Part shown: one piece after another, positions 40,020 through 52,730 of the stretch
Numbering within the stretch: the stretch's first letter is position 1
Layout of the letters: every line of letters starts with the position of its first letter
From: Eledone cirrhosa
Lineage: Eukaryota
DNA length: 64,000 bases
Direction of reading: 5' to 3'
Assembly: GCA_964016885.1 (NCBI GenBank)
Contig: OZ024741.1
Location: 40,300,001 to 40,364,000, forward strand
The notes under the pieces: model-generated
The model's input: only the letters and a program-made list of their open reading frames with translations
The model's database searches: none
What the model was told of the DNA's origin: nothing
Program-made: the position numbers and the translations under genes

Positions 40020-42470
40020 TATACAATATATTAATAAATGGAAACTATATTTATAAAACTATATTTATTTTATTATACATATTTCAAGGGCCACCAAGGC
40101 AAATTATAGTGCGCTTTCATCAGATAAAATATAATACAGATTAGTTTTATAAATAAATATTGACATACCCTGAAAAAAGACAACCTTAACGGTTGGAGCT
40201 TCCTGGATAATGGAGATATTACATTTATTGAGGGTTATAGAGAATTATGATTGAGTATGCAAATCAGTGTCCGAAAGGTTTAAAAGATAACGGTTTATTT
40301 AAATTAAACTGTTGGAAGAAGGTGATATTGTGAGGGAGAGAGAAAAAAAAGAAAGAAAGAGAAAAAAAGAAAAAGAAGGAATAAATTATATATATTTTTT
40401 GACATTAGAAATAGTGTGGAAAGAGGATAGCGTGATTATATTTAAGTGAGAGAAAATATTAGTTATAAAGGACAAATATAGCGTAAGTATGTTTACGTGA
40501 GAGGAAAGAAGAAGAAACGAAGAAATGAGGATAGCGTGAAGGGATAATAAAGCAGGATTCGTTATGTTTTGATTATACTGTTTATAATGATAGGTTGAAA
40601 AAATTTGATTAAAGGTTTAATTAATGATTTAATAAGTAGTTTAAATGAGTATGTTAAGGATTATAAATTATAAAAAATATATAGACTATATATTATTAAA
40701 AATATATATTATATATTATTAAAATTTGTAAGTCAAAAATTTATAAGTCAAAAATTTTAAATATCCAAATAATTCTGAATTTATGGAAAAAATTTCCAAG
40801 AGTTTACAAAAGAATAACCACTTATTTGTATTATAATAACAGTAAAGCGTAAAGGAAGTTATAAGCGATTTATTAATAACTCAGATGACTCTAGGGATTA
40901 AATGCTATAAAGTTAAGAAGTTAAAAGGTTAAATTTCCTATCTTAAGAATGTAATTAGAACATGAACCTTATGTTATTTTATACGAAGTCTTAAATTTAT
41001 AAATTTACTTGCTATAAGGTTATAACATTTAAAAATTATAACACTTAAAAATCTTTCATAAGAATATATTTAAAGCATAAAGCACAACATTTTTCATAAG
41101 AATATTTGTAAAGTATAAACCATAGGTTACTCCACACATACACAGAAAAAAACCATATGTTTATCACATATATAGAAACATTAGCATATATATATTTAAA
41201 ATATTAGGATATATATATTAAAAACTTTGAAAAAATATAAGAATATAAAAATATAAAAATATAAAAATATAAAAATATAGTTTTTCTATATCCTTCAATG
41301 GAGTTTTCAAAAGATTTTCTTAAACCCTTCAGTAAGTTTATCAAGAAAAATTTGTTTTCCTTAACGGAGTTTCAAGCAGTCATATAAAGGAATTTAATTT
41401 AATGATCTATCGATAGGTGTAGTAATATATATGTGTGAAGTAGAGATAATAGAAAATAAGTTAAGTATATGAATCGTATATGGATATAGAAGATATTATG
41501 TAAAAGAGATAACTTTTATATTACATTTTATATATATATGTAAAAGTTGAATTTAAACGATGTTTGCAAGAACTGAATAAATTATTCCTTAAATTAACAG
41601 AGTTCTTACTTTTTAGTATAAAGAATATTTCTTCGATACAAAGAGCGCAATTTTCGGATAAAGCAGTATATGAAGGAGCTTTGGAGATAATATTCCAAAG
41701 TAAAGAATAGTTAATGTTCTTTGATTTCAGGTCCCATAGTAAGTTAGATAGAGAAGTTGAGGATTTTTTACTAATATTCGTAAAAGAACATTTATGGTTA
41801 TTAAAAGGGGACTTAAAGTCTGTGGAGGTAGAGCCTACATAATTAAAGGAATTTACATTAGTTTTTACATTACAATTGTATACTATATTTTAACTCAACA
41901 ATTATTATTTAGAGGACAGTTAGATTTATTTCTACAGTTACATTTATCTAAATTTAAGTTACTGGGAGCCGTACCATTATATTGTATATTGCTAGGGGTA
42001 TTAATGGTATTCTGGTTAGGTTTTAAGTTTCTATTATTAATTCTATTAATATTCTGCGCTAAATTCATAGTGGTGGAATATGATAATTTGATAGTATGTT
42101 GAGTAATACCTATGTGTTCTAGGAAAGCATTTATCTAGAGCTTTAAAAAATAATTTTGCAGTAGGAGTTTTAATGCTTAATAAGAAAGAGGGAGCGAACC
42201 ACAATATATTTCTAGTTCTATATCGGCTTTTGGTTTTCGTAAGGTTTTCTATTGTAATTTTTATAGTTATGGTTAGTTGGCACATCATTATTATCAATGT
42301 ATTTAATTTTATTACTATATCCTGCTCTACCTAACGCTTCGTTATAATATTGTGCTTTATCTAAAAAAATATTAATATATTGTATATTTACTCCAAAATA
42401 TATATATATTGTATATTTACTCCACTAATCTATTGAGTGGTTTATATCAGTTATAAAAATGTTTAAACTT
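40020..42470 (-). mobile_element. Degenerate 5'-truncated PLE (GIY-YIG plus AT-rich 3' UTR), related to the 11882-13990 copy
   Basis: Minus strand ILWFAPSF..LFFKALDKCFPRTHRYY..CRNKSNCPLNNNC..VYNC..YVGSTSTDFK..STSLSNLLWDLK..CALCIEE; 3' tail 40025-40135 homologous to 13859-13960. Confidence 0.88.
40066..40131 (-). ncRNA. Type I hammerhead ribozyme at PLE 3' end
   Basis: Minus strand TATTTTAT-CTGATGA-AAG..CTT-GAAA-TATGTA-TA-ATAAAATA; perfect 8-bp stem I. Confidence 0.8.
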
Positions 42471-42502
42471 GTTGAATCCCAACAAATTAAATATGCATAT
42501 AC

Positions 42503-42596
<94 letters not shown>

Positions 42597-42598
<2 letters not shown>

Positions 42599-42840
42599 AG
42601 AATAGCTTTCACCGTATTTTTTTGACTAAAGAAATTTTAGTCTGATAATGGGGTTTAGAACCCTCAGATAAATGGGTGATGTGTTGGTGTAATGGTAGCA
42701 CAGTGGTCTGGATAACCAAAGATGTGGGTTCGACTCCCATGTACATCAATACTCATCTTTTTCCATTTATCTGAGGGTTCTAAACCCCATTATCAGACTA
42801 AAATTTCTTTAGTTAAAAAATACGGTGAAAGCTATCCTAT
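42597..42840. repeat. About 78-bp inverted repeat enclosing a tRNA-like sequence
   Basis: 42597-42675 is the reverse complement of 42763-42840 with few mismatches. Confidence 0.92.
42678..42748 (+). tRNA. tRNA-like gene or pseudogene, 71 nt, apparent anticodon GGA, identity uncertain
   Basis: Acceptor GATGTGT/GTACATC+A, D arm GTGT-AATGGTA-GCAC, anticodon arm gTGGT-CTGGATA-ACCAa, 4-nt variable loop, T arm GTGGG-TTCGACT-CCCAT. A and B boxes intact; T5 at 42758-42762. Confidence 0.6.
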
Positions 42841-42910
42841 TTTCTAATTTCAAACCTGCTCACTGTTTCAAAACATACTTACTTGTCATATATATGTATA
42901 TATATATATA

Positions 42911-43015
<105 letters not shown>

Positions 43016-43017
43016 TT

Positions 43018-43145
43018 ATTAAAATAACAGATATTAAAGTTTAAGCAAAGAATCGCGGCTTTCACCCTTAACGGGATCTTCTGAAGATCCCGTTAGGGGT
43101 GAAAGCACCGATTCTTTGCTTAAACTTTAATCTGCTATTTTAATA
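43018..43145. repeat. Fold-back copy of interspersed repeat family P
   Basis: Imperfect palindrome centred on TCTTC-T-GAAGA at about 43082; single-arm copies at 3745-3815, 10095-10195, 29420-29488 and 58930-58985. Confidence 0.85.
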
Positions 43146-43233
43146 AATATTTGCTCTACGGTTCTTATATATTTGATATATATTTATCCTTATCGAGCCC
43201 TCTTTGGATTTTAGTCTTCAAATTTATTATTAT

Positions 43234-43293
<60 letters not shown>

Positions 43294-43303
43294 TATATCA
43301 TTA

Positions 43304-44416
43304 TCTATAAAATGCAGATTGTTGATGTTGTGTGTGTGTGTGTGCATGTTCCATGTTTATACATTTGCACAATTTCAAACCGATTCGACTCAAAGTCTGT
43401 AAGAATGTTGTAAATGGTCTAACTTATGTCAACAACTATTTATTTCATTCAAATTCACCCACAATTACGGAAATAATCGATAAAACTAAATACATGACGC
43501 TTTACCTCCTCTAATACAATCTGATTTACTCTTATCTACTCTCCTTAAAATTCGATAAAACTACATACATGCTTACAAACTTCCTTTAGGAACGCCAAAG
43601 AGAAAGAGAAGAGAGTGAGAGGGAGAGAGAGAGAGAGAACGTTTGTTTTTGAGTGTGGAACAGTCAAACATTTATTTACCTCAATTCCAAAGAGAACTTA
43701 TTACATTTCATACGAAACAACAATTATTCAAAAGCAACAGATAAATTTATTCAACAACAAAAAAAATAGCGATAAATCTTTTTTAAAACCTCTCAACGAA
43801 CGTGGAAGAAAGAAGTATCAGTTTATTTACTATACACAATAATATCCTCTATGAGGTCACTAAACCTGCTAGAAACAGCAGCTGACTCTCCCCCCATATC
43901 ACATCACTCCCTACTGTCTTAAATTTAGAAAACATATCCTCTATGAGGTCACTAAACCTGCAAGAAACAGCAGCTAACTCTCCCCCATATCACACCACTC
44001 CCTACTGTCTTAAATTTAGAAAACACATATCCTCTATGAGGTCACTAAACCTGCTAGAAACAGCAGCTAACTCTCCCCCATATCACACCCCTCCCTACTG
44101 TCTTAAATTTAGAAAACACACATTAGACAACCATGCAGAACAACTCCATCGCAACTCTGTTGTTCGGCTGGCATCGTCTACGCGCGTGTTGCGCAAGTAC
44201 TGTGAAACAATAAATTTCAACACTTCTTTGCACAGAGATACTAACCATAGGCAAAACTACAATTGTTACTGCTGGCGCAGCTCCTGCTTCGGCAGTCCAG
44301 GTCTGCAATTCATTCACCCACTGCTTGGCAGACAAAAAAGTGCTGCCATAAAATGGGTGGTGCAACCTAACTTTGGTAACTTACTGACCCCGAGCAACGC
44401 TGGGCTTTAATGCTAG
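43304..44416 (+). mobile_element. Probable non-autonomous Helitron
   Basis: 5' A|TCTATAAAA; 3' hairpin CCCGAGCAACGCTGGG about 8 nt before CTAG|T; no TSD. Confidence 0.62.
43842..44120 (+). repeat. Three tandem copies of an about 92-bp unit resembling a SINE/LINE 3' tail
   Basis: ATATCCTCTATGAGGTCACTAAACCTGCTAGAAACAGCAGCT...CCCTACTGTCTTAAATTTAGAAAAC, three times. Confidence 0.9.
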
Positions 44417-44455
<39 letters not shown>

Positions 44456-44521
44456 GAAAAGATTCAGGACCCCGAAGGCTGAGCTCCAGCCGTTTCGATA
44501 GCTAGATATGTATATATATTG

Positions 44522-44633
<112 letters not shown>

Positions 44634-44836
44634 ATATTTGGGGAGGGTCATATTTGCGTAATATTGCCAGAATTAATAACAGAACACACTCACTGTTTGG
44701 TTGGTTTTCGCTTCTCGCTGTCTTTTATATATATATATCTGCGATCTAACTTACTCGGTCCTCAATGTTGCCATTGACTGACCGGCGGTCAAAAATAATA
44801 CAGATACAATATAGACAAACACATATATATATAGTT

Positions 44837-44878
44837 TACATAAATCTTTCGTTGCACATCTGCAACATCGTCAGTGGT
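44837..44878 (-). ncRNA. Degenerate type I hammerhead on an orphan PLE tail
   Basis: Minus strand CA-CTGACGA-t-GTTGCA gatg TGCAAC-GAAA-GATT-TA-TG; same layout and flanks as 29717-29759; stem I eroded. Confidence 0.7.
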
Positions 44879-45068
44879 GTTATATTCATTGTTCCTCCTG
44901 TTGTGTTGTATGTCTACGCCATTTTTTTTTTTTGTTCAGTCTGTCTATATATTTATTTATTTATTTGCTTGTTTGTTTATCTTATTTTATTTTGTCTTCT
45001 TTGCGCATGCGTTTGCGTGTGTGTATAGTGTTATGTGTGATGTGTGACTAGTGTGTATATCATCGCCG

Positions 45069-45125
<57 letters not shown>

Positions 45126-45160
45126 ATATAAAATCAAAAGATGGTTAAAATAGTTCCATG

Positions 45161-45231
45161 TATTTTATTATGCGCATTTCCAAAACAAATATCATCATGG
45201 GATGATATTTCCGTTCTCATCAGATAAAATA
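45161..45231 (-). ncRNA. Type I hammerhead ribozyme in pseudo-LTR
   Basis: Minus strand TATTTTAT-CTGATGA-[long stem II with AAATATCATC/GATGATATTT]-GAAA-TGCGCA-TA-ATAAAATA; palindromic ATGCGCAT. Confidence 0.85.
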
Positions 45232-47259
45232 GAGAGACAAGATATGAAGCTTAAAAAACACTTGCGAGCAGTGAGGTGTTAAATCAACATATGAAAAATA
45301 AAATAAGATGGATATATGAGATTGGAAAAAGGAAAGGAAGGGGGAAGGAAAGGGGGAAGAAAGAATATAGATAGAAGAAAAAAAAATAAGAAGAAGAAAG
45401 GATGACGGAGGAGGAGTATAAGAAGGAAGGATGAGAGAAGAGGAGAAAATGAGTGAGAGAGAGAGAGAGATAACCTTTAATACTGAGAAACATTGTCTTA
45501 CAGAGAAAAATAAAAAATAAACGTTGTAAGATAATACATAATTTAAAAAATTAAGAAATTATAAGTTAATGAGGTTTATGAATGGTGATGTTTATGATTA
45601 AAGAAAAAGGAATTAAGAATACTATTTATTCAAGGTTTATATATTGAAGGGTTTAATAAGATGTGCGAAAAGGAATTTATTAAAATGTATTATTAAAATA
45701 AAATATATTAAGAAGATAAGGTGAATGAAGATAAGGTTAAATGAGTTATGAACTTAGAGGAATTAATTAGGGTCCAAGTTTGTTTCTATATATTGTAATA
45801 GAATAAAGTAAATAATAGATTTAATACGAGCACGGAAGGAGAGAGGAAAGAAAAAATTCAAGGAAGAAAAAATATATAACGTCAAAAAAATATGTTTACA
45901 AAATTTACTAATGGTAATATTAGTATATATTAAAAATAAAGATTTGTATGGCCGAGAATATAATGAAAATGCTATAGTGAGTTATAAGATGAATTAAGAA
46001 GTAATTGAGAAGTAAAAGTTGCAGATTAAAGATTAGAAATTAAAAAAGAAGAAAATTAGAGGACCGCTCACGACATAGTATGAGTAATATTGTATAATAT
46101 ACTGAAATAAGGTAGAAAGATGGGTATATTTGTAAAAAATATAAAAGCGTTTGAGAAAAGATTTTAAACTAATTAGGTAGTAAGATATTAGCTGTATACT
46201 TTATGGAAAGTTCTATCGGATTTATGCAAGCAGAGCGAAAATAAATCCGGACGTCTATTCATTATAGAATTAAAATTAGAGATAATGGTAAATTTCTCCG
46301 CTAGGCAGAGATTACATGTTCTTGATAGGGAAGAATTAAGGTAAGGAGAGGCGTTGCAAACCTTCCTCCAAGAAATGTTGTAGTTAATATTTGTGTCCTT
46401 TAAGGACCATATGAGTTCTGAGAGTGCCGTGTTAGTTCTTTTAAGTTGGTATTTAAAAAGGAATTGTGATTATAAAATCTTGCTTTAAAGGAAGTGGAAG
46501 TGGAACCAAAAATAGGTAAAAGAATTGGTACCAGTTATAGCCTTACATTCATACACTAAATTTTTATCAAGACATTGGTTACTAAGAGGACATTTAGTTC
46601 TAATAGGGCAATTTCAATTACTATTAGAGAAATTTCCAAAGTTATTAGCAAGTGACACAGTATTATTTATAGAAGGAATTGAATTGGAGAAGTTACTTAC
46701 GATAGGTACTAAAGTTTCCTGATTTAGATTGGTATTATGAACATTCGACAAAGTTACGTTTGACGTCGTATTTAAATTTACGGAGTCTAGCCTAGAGTTA
46801 ACATTGACGCCGGCCTTACTATTGTTATTATTATGACGCTCAGTGTTGGATGGATATAATTTTTACTTAATATTTTATTATTATGTTTTGAGATAGTGTT
46901 AGAGATGTTGGAAGTGGTGGAATAAGAGAATTTAATTGTATGCTTATTAAAGATCTTACTATAAATATGTGAAGGGGGAAGCATTTATCTAAGACCCTAA
47001 AAATAGTTTAGGAATATTACTAATAAGAGATAGAGAAAAAGGAGCGTTGTACCAAATCATATTCCTCCTCCGTCACCCTTTCCTTATTATTATATATTTT
47101 TTTCTTGTATCTATATTCTTTCTTCCTCTTCCTTACCTTTTCCTTCCCCCCTTCCTTTCCTTTTTCCAATCTCATACATCCATCTTATTTTATTTTTCAT
47201 ATGTTGATTTAACACTTCACTGCTCGCAAGTGTTTTTTAAGCTTCATATCATGTCTCCC

Positions 47260-47330
47260 TATTTTATTTGATGAGAACGCAAATATCATCTCATGATGAT
47301 ATTTGTTTTTGAAATGCGCATAATAAAATA
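47260..47330 (+). ncRNA. Hammerhead copy in the inverted pseudo-LTR, core C>T
   Basis: TATTTTAT-TTGATGA-...-GAAA-TGCGCA-TA-ATAAAATA. Confidence 0.75.
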
Positions 47331-47450
47331 CATGGAACTCTTTTAACCATCTTTTGATTTTATATTATTTATACTCCAGTCCTATAAACGGTTGAGTGCG
47401 ACTTATCCGATATTTGCATTGCTTTATTGTGCTACAATAAAACTCACCTC

Positions 47451-47510
<60 letters not shown>

Positions 47511-47964
47511 TTACACACATGCACACCCTTTCTGTTTCATTGTGGTTATGTTATATGTATTGTCGGTGTCTTCGGTCACACTTTATAAATGTTGTGTTTA
47601 CTCTGGGCCTAATGTTTATTTTTAGCTTACGTTTCATTGAGTGCTTTACGATTGCCTCAAACAAATTGAATAGTACTTGCTGTACAACAGCTAAAACTTC
47701 GATTTACAACTACTATATTATATTTAAAAAAACGATTGTCGCTGAATACAATAAATGTAATCTGAGTTTTTCCAATATTAATAATAATATTCGATTCATT
47801 TGCAATTATGCAAACAAGCCTCATATTTAAAACCATGTCAGTAGAATGAGCCCCCCATTCTTGCTCTTCTGTTGGCATGTAAACAGAACTGCAGACATTA
47901 ATGTTTCTGGGTATCACCCTTCATCAGTACAGCTCACTGTTCACCTGCCAAATGTCAGAGCTAG

Positions 47965-48049
<85 letters not shown>

Positions 48050-48624
48050 GTTTGTATTTGTAAAGCCAAAACAATGCAGGTATGGATATAGAATATAAAT
48101 GCAAATGCAAAAGATATTGTTGACAATTAGTCTTTTACCTTAAATTTATTTAAATATCCTTAATTTTCGAGATAATATCTCTTCTTCGGAGGGAAGTAAA
48201 GTGGTTAAACCAGCGTTCTAAATAGCTTGCCAAGTCATGCTGACAGGAAATGGTATAGAGTAGCTGTTCTATCTCTAATGTCAAAGAGTTAAGGTTAGGT
48301 GGATAAAGAGTAGTCTCCCTTTAAAAGAGGTTTTGTACATGTATGTTTAAGAGTGTGGGAGAATACGTGAAGGTGTATGTGTGTGTGTGTGTGAAGATAT
48401 GTCTATACGTAAATGTGGGGGATAGATGCTCTATCGTGTTAAAACTGGTCTTTGTGTGTGTGTGAGAGAGAATAAGTGGAGGTGTAAGCGTGTGTGTGTG
48501 CGTGTGTGAGTGCATGTACTTGTGTGTGAGAGGAGGGGGGTGTAAGTATGTGGCTAGATGCTCTATCAAGTTATAAATTGGATGTTGAGTTATAGACTAT
48601 TACTGATTGGTGGTTGTGTTTTGT

Positions 48625-48670
<46 letters not shown>

Positions 48671-48961
48671 AACGAGTAGGACCCCGACGGCTGAGCTCAA
48701 GCCGTTTCGACGGCTAATTCTGGACTATATATATATATAAAGATAATAAAGTGTTGCAGTTTGCTTGAAGCATGTGGAATAAGAAATACAAATATAACTA
48801 AGAAAGAGGAAGGAAGGAAAAAAATGAAGTTAGAAAGGGAAAGGGAGACAGAAAGAAAGAAACAAACAAGATAGGAATGAAAGAAGTGGAAAAGGAGAGA
48901 AAGAAACATAGAAGAGAAAGGGGAGGGAAAATACATTGAAAAACAATGATAAAATAGATAT

Positions 48962-50927
48962 CATTCTTTATTTGCCATAGGGGCGTACAAAAATGGGACA
49001 TTAGAAGACGTGACGGTGGGGGTTTTACATAAAATATTTAACAATGATAAATAAGAATAAACTATATAAAAATAAAACAATTGAAATCCCCATGCGGGGG
49101 GGGGGGGTAACGCTACTGCGGGGTTGTTTTACACCCCGTGGATAGAACAACCCCCAACACCAGGAACACGTTTTGTAGGTGTTCCCGTCTTCCCTCTGTT
49201 TACCTTCCTCAACCTACAGGTTTATATACAGAGATGGCCCATTCACCCGGGCCATTTTCGCGACATTCACCCACCTTTCAGCGAATTTACTGGGGTGTAG
49301 CACCTCTCGCTCCACTCTCACCTTCCTTCTGAAGTGATACTTAAAGAAGGGGATAAGCTGTTGTCCGGAGAGAAAGGTGCTTGCCCCCAGTCCTTTTAAC
49401 CTCGTCCACCATATTACCTCTTTCACCATAGTTACCAGACAGAGGAAGACTGCCTCTCTTTCATTCTTAAATGAAGGCGGCGGGGTGATCCTCACAATGG
49501 ACTCGGCTGACAACTCGATGCGTCCTACATGTGACAGTAGCTGTTCGACATAATTCCACAGGTCGGTCACCTCTGGGCACTGAACAGTTGCGTGCAGAAC
49601 GGTTTCGATGTTCTGCTTGCAGCTTGGACAGCTCCTTTTGGCAGGATTTCTGCCAGGGCGTCCGTGCCTGTAGATTTTGTCTCGAACTGGTAGAGCTCCT
49701 CGGTAGCCGTGTCAGGCCAGAGACCTCTGGAAGTTATCTATAGGCCCTGGATGGAAAGTCAAACCCGGACAGACTGGTCAGTTCGTCCTCCTCGATGCCT
49801 AGAGTTTCCCCGAGAACGTCGTCGCACCTATCCTCCACTAATCCCCTATAGAATGTCGAAGTGGAGTCTCCGCTGATTGCCGTTTCCGCTTGGTAGAGTA
49901 CTGTAAGCGCCTGAAGGCACTCGAGGTGCCAGGCGCCCATTTTCGGTCTTCGCTTGACCCAGGACTGTAGCTCTGTTAGTGAGACGAGTTGTGGAAGAGC
50001 TCGTCTCACAAACGACATCCACACCGGTTCACCGGTCAGGAATACTGGAGATGGCGTAGCCTCAGCGTGCGTTTGCGCATCATCACCCACGGCATGCCCA
50101 GCCCTCTGTTAGAAGGGTGTTGACAGCAGATGGATCTCCTCACCAATGGAGCCTGTTTCTTCCAGAGAAACTTAAAGTGTTGGCTTTCCATTTTGGTATT
50201 CGCAGGGACAAGGCACGACTGACAAGCGGTAGTAGATGATGGACGCTATGTAAGTGTTCGCCACCTCCGCTCGACCTTTCAAGGAGAGTTTGCACTCAGC
50301 CCACTTTTGGGTGAGTGCAAACACCTTCGCCGTGACCTCGTTCCAGTTCTTGTCCACCTGGAGGTCTGGACCAAACCAGATCCCGAGCAATGTCACTGGT
50401 CCTTCCGTCCAGCGTCCAACGACACTGTCGGAAGGCATGGGTCTGCCTCTCCATGTGCCGAGTTGCAAACCGACAAACTTGTTTGGGTTTAGTCTTGCTC
50501 CTGTCAACGTTTCGTATTCCTGTAATAGGTTGCTGATTACCCCGATGTCTGCTTTCCGCAGTCCTGGTTCGATCGGAAGCCCTGCAACAGCTCCAACTTC
50601 CGCAGTAATGGCTTGAGAGTCAGTACATACAGACTGGAGGAGAGATGGCACCCCTGACGGATGGAACGCATGATTTGGAATGGCTCCGATAGGTAGCCAT
50701 TCACCTTGACTGCCGAGCAGATGCTGGTGTGCATGGCAGCGATCCAGCCTCTGAAGACGGGGCCGAAGCTGGCCACCTTGAGAACCGCTTCCAAGTATTG
50801 ATAGTCGATCCTATCAAATGCCTTAGACTGATCTAAATTGATCAGAGCCCCACCGAAGCCAGGTTTACACCCTACTCTCTCTATGATGTATCGCATGAGG
50901 TGGAGGTTGTCGTGTATGGACCTGGTC
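48962..50927 (-). mobile_element. Second 5'-truncated L1/Tx1-like LINE, related to 7139-9728
   Basis: INLDQSKAFDRIDY, SIRQGCHLSS, LNPNKF, LSLKGRAEVANTYI, WVKRRPKMGAWH; frameshifted; colinear with the first copy. Confidence 0.92.
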
Positions 50928-52730
50928 GTAGTGGCGGTGGTGGTGATGGTAGTGGTGGTGGTTGTAGTGGTAGTGGTGGTGGTGGTAATAGTAGTAGTAG
51001 TGGGGGTGGTGGTGGTTTTAGTGGTAGAGGTGATGGTGGTAATAGTAGTAGTAGTAGTAGTGGTGGTGGTGGTGGTGGTGGTGGTGGTAATAGTAGTAGT
51101 AGTAGAGGTGGTGGTGATGGTTGTAGTGGTAGTGGTGGTGGTGGTAATAATAGTAGTAGTGGTGGTGGTGGTGGTGGTGGTGGTTGTAGTGGTAGTGGTG
51201 GTGATAGTAGTAGTAGTAGTGGTGGTGGTGGTGGTGATAGTAGTAGTAGTAGTAGTAGTATTGGTGGTGGTGGTGGTTGCAGTAGTTGTAGTAGAAGGAG
51301 TAGAAGGAGAAGCAGCAGAAGGCGGAGTAGTAGTAGTAGTAGTAGTAGTAGGAGGAGGAGGAGGAGGGGGAGGAGGAGGAGGAGGAGGAGGAGGAGGAGG
51401 AGGAGGGGGAGCGCTATGCTAGAGGAGGGAAGGCGGGCAGGCGGCAAAACGGTTCATTGACCCAGTCATTGTGTCCGGACGGGGCTATTAACTAAAATGA
51501 CCGTGTTGATATCTGTGTGTCTAATTTTCCTCTAGGGTCCTGTCAAAAAGAGCCATAAACATTGATCCTCCACTACCTCCCACCAACACCACCACTGATA
51601 TCAGCCCCACTACCACCATCACTACCACCCTCACCATCACCACCATTATCACCCCTACCGCTACTATTACCAGCACACTGGCATCACCTCCACTACCACC
51701 ACCACTACCACCATCAACACCAATACCAGCATCACTACCACCATAACCACCACTACAGCCATCGCAACCACTACCACCATCCCCACCACTATTACCATCG
51801 CAACCACTACCACCTCCAATACCACCATCAGTACCGCCATCCCTACCATCATCACCACTACTAACGCTATTACCATCACCACTACAACGACCACTCCCTC
51901 CATCTACCACCACTGCCACCACCACCACTACCATCACTACCACCTCCAGAACCACTACCACTACCACTACCACAGTACTAATGCTGCAGTTGCAGTTACA
52001 ATTGCTGCAAGATGGCTGACAGAAAGACCCCACAATCTATTCTAAATCACATATTAAAACCACCGCCAACAAAAAGAACAAAACAACACTACAAACACCA
52101 GCACGAAGAACACCAACACCAAAAACAACACAAATAAAACCACCAATAACGCCACAAATACCACCACCACTGCCACCAACTCCACCAATAACAACAACGC
52201 TGCCACCAATAACTCCACTATAACCAACAACCACAACACCACTATCAACCACTACCAACAACACCACTACAACCACCAACACCAACACAACCACCAACAA
52301 CACCACTATAACCAACAACCACAACACCACTATCAACCACTACCAACAACACCACTACAACCACCAACACCAACACAACCACCAACAACACCACTATAAC
52401 CAACAACCACAAGACCACTATCAACCACTACCAACAACACCACTACAACCACCAACACCAACACAACCACCAACAACACCACTATAACCAACAACCACAA
52501 CACCACTATCAACCACTACCAACAACACCACTACAACCACCAACACCAACACAACCACCAACAACACCATTATAAACAACAACAACACCACTATCAACCA
52601 CTGCCACCATTACAACTACTACCAACAACAACAACAACACTATCAACACTACCAACTACACCACTATAACAACCACCAACAACAGCACCACCACTACAAC
52701 CACCAACCACATTGTAATTACCACTACCAA
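50928..52730. repeat. (GGT/AGT/GGA)n and (CAC/CAA)n low-complexity DNA, including four copies of an 88-bp unit at about 52218-52570
   Basis: Direct reading; CTATAACC recurs at 52218, 52306, 52394 and 52482. Confidence 0.9.

Larger units (their letters stand above)
45125..47370 (-). mobile_element. 5'-truncated PLE (GIY-YIG) with about 290-bp inverted pseudo-LTRs
   Basis: 45125-45413 is the reverse complement of 47064-47370. Minus strand 46200-47060 gives WYNAPFS..KIFNKHTIKFSYSTT..CPIRTKCPLSNQCLDKNLVYEC..TALSELIWSLK..CNLCLAEK. Confidence 0.9.

Noticed and set aside
42678-42748. Functional canonical tRNA-Ser(GGA)
   Set aside because: No long variable arm, pyrimidine at position 37 and a mismatch at the top of the anticodon stem; kept only as tRNA-like.
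48158-48195. Hammerhead-like CCGAAGA..GAAAATTA on the minus strand, and remnants near 2330, 3580, 25230 and 25370
   Set aside because: Core mutated or 5' half missing; too degenerate to list as features.
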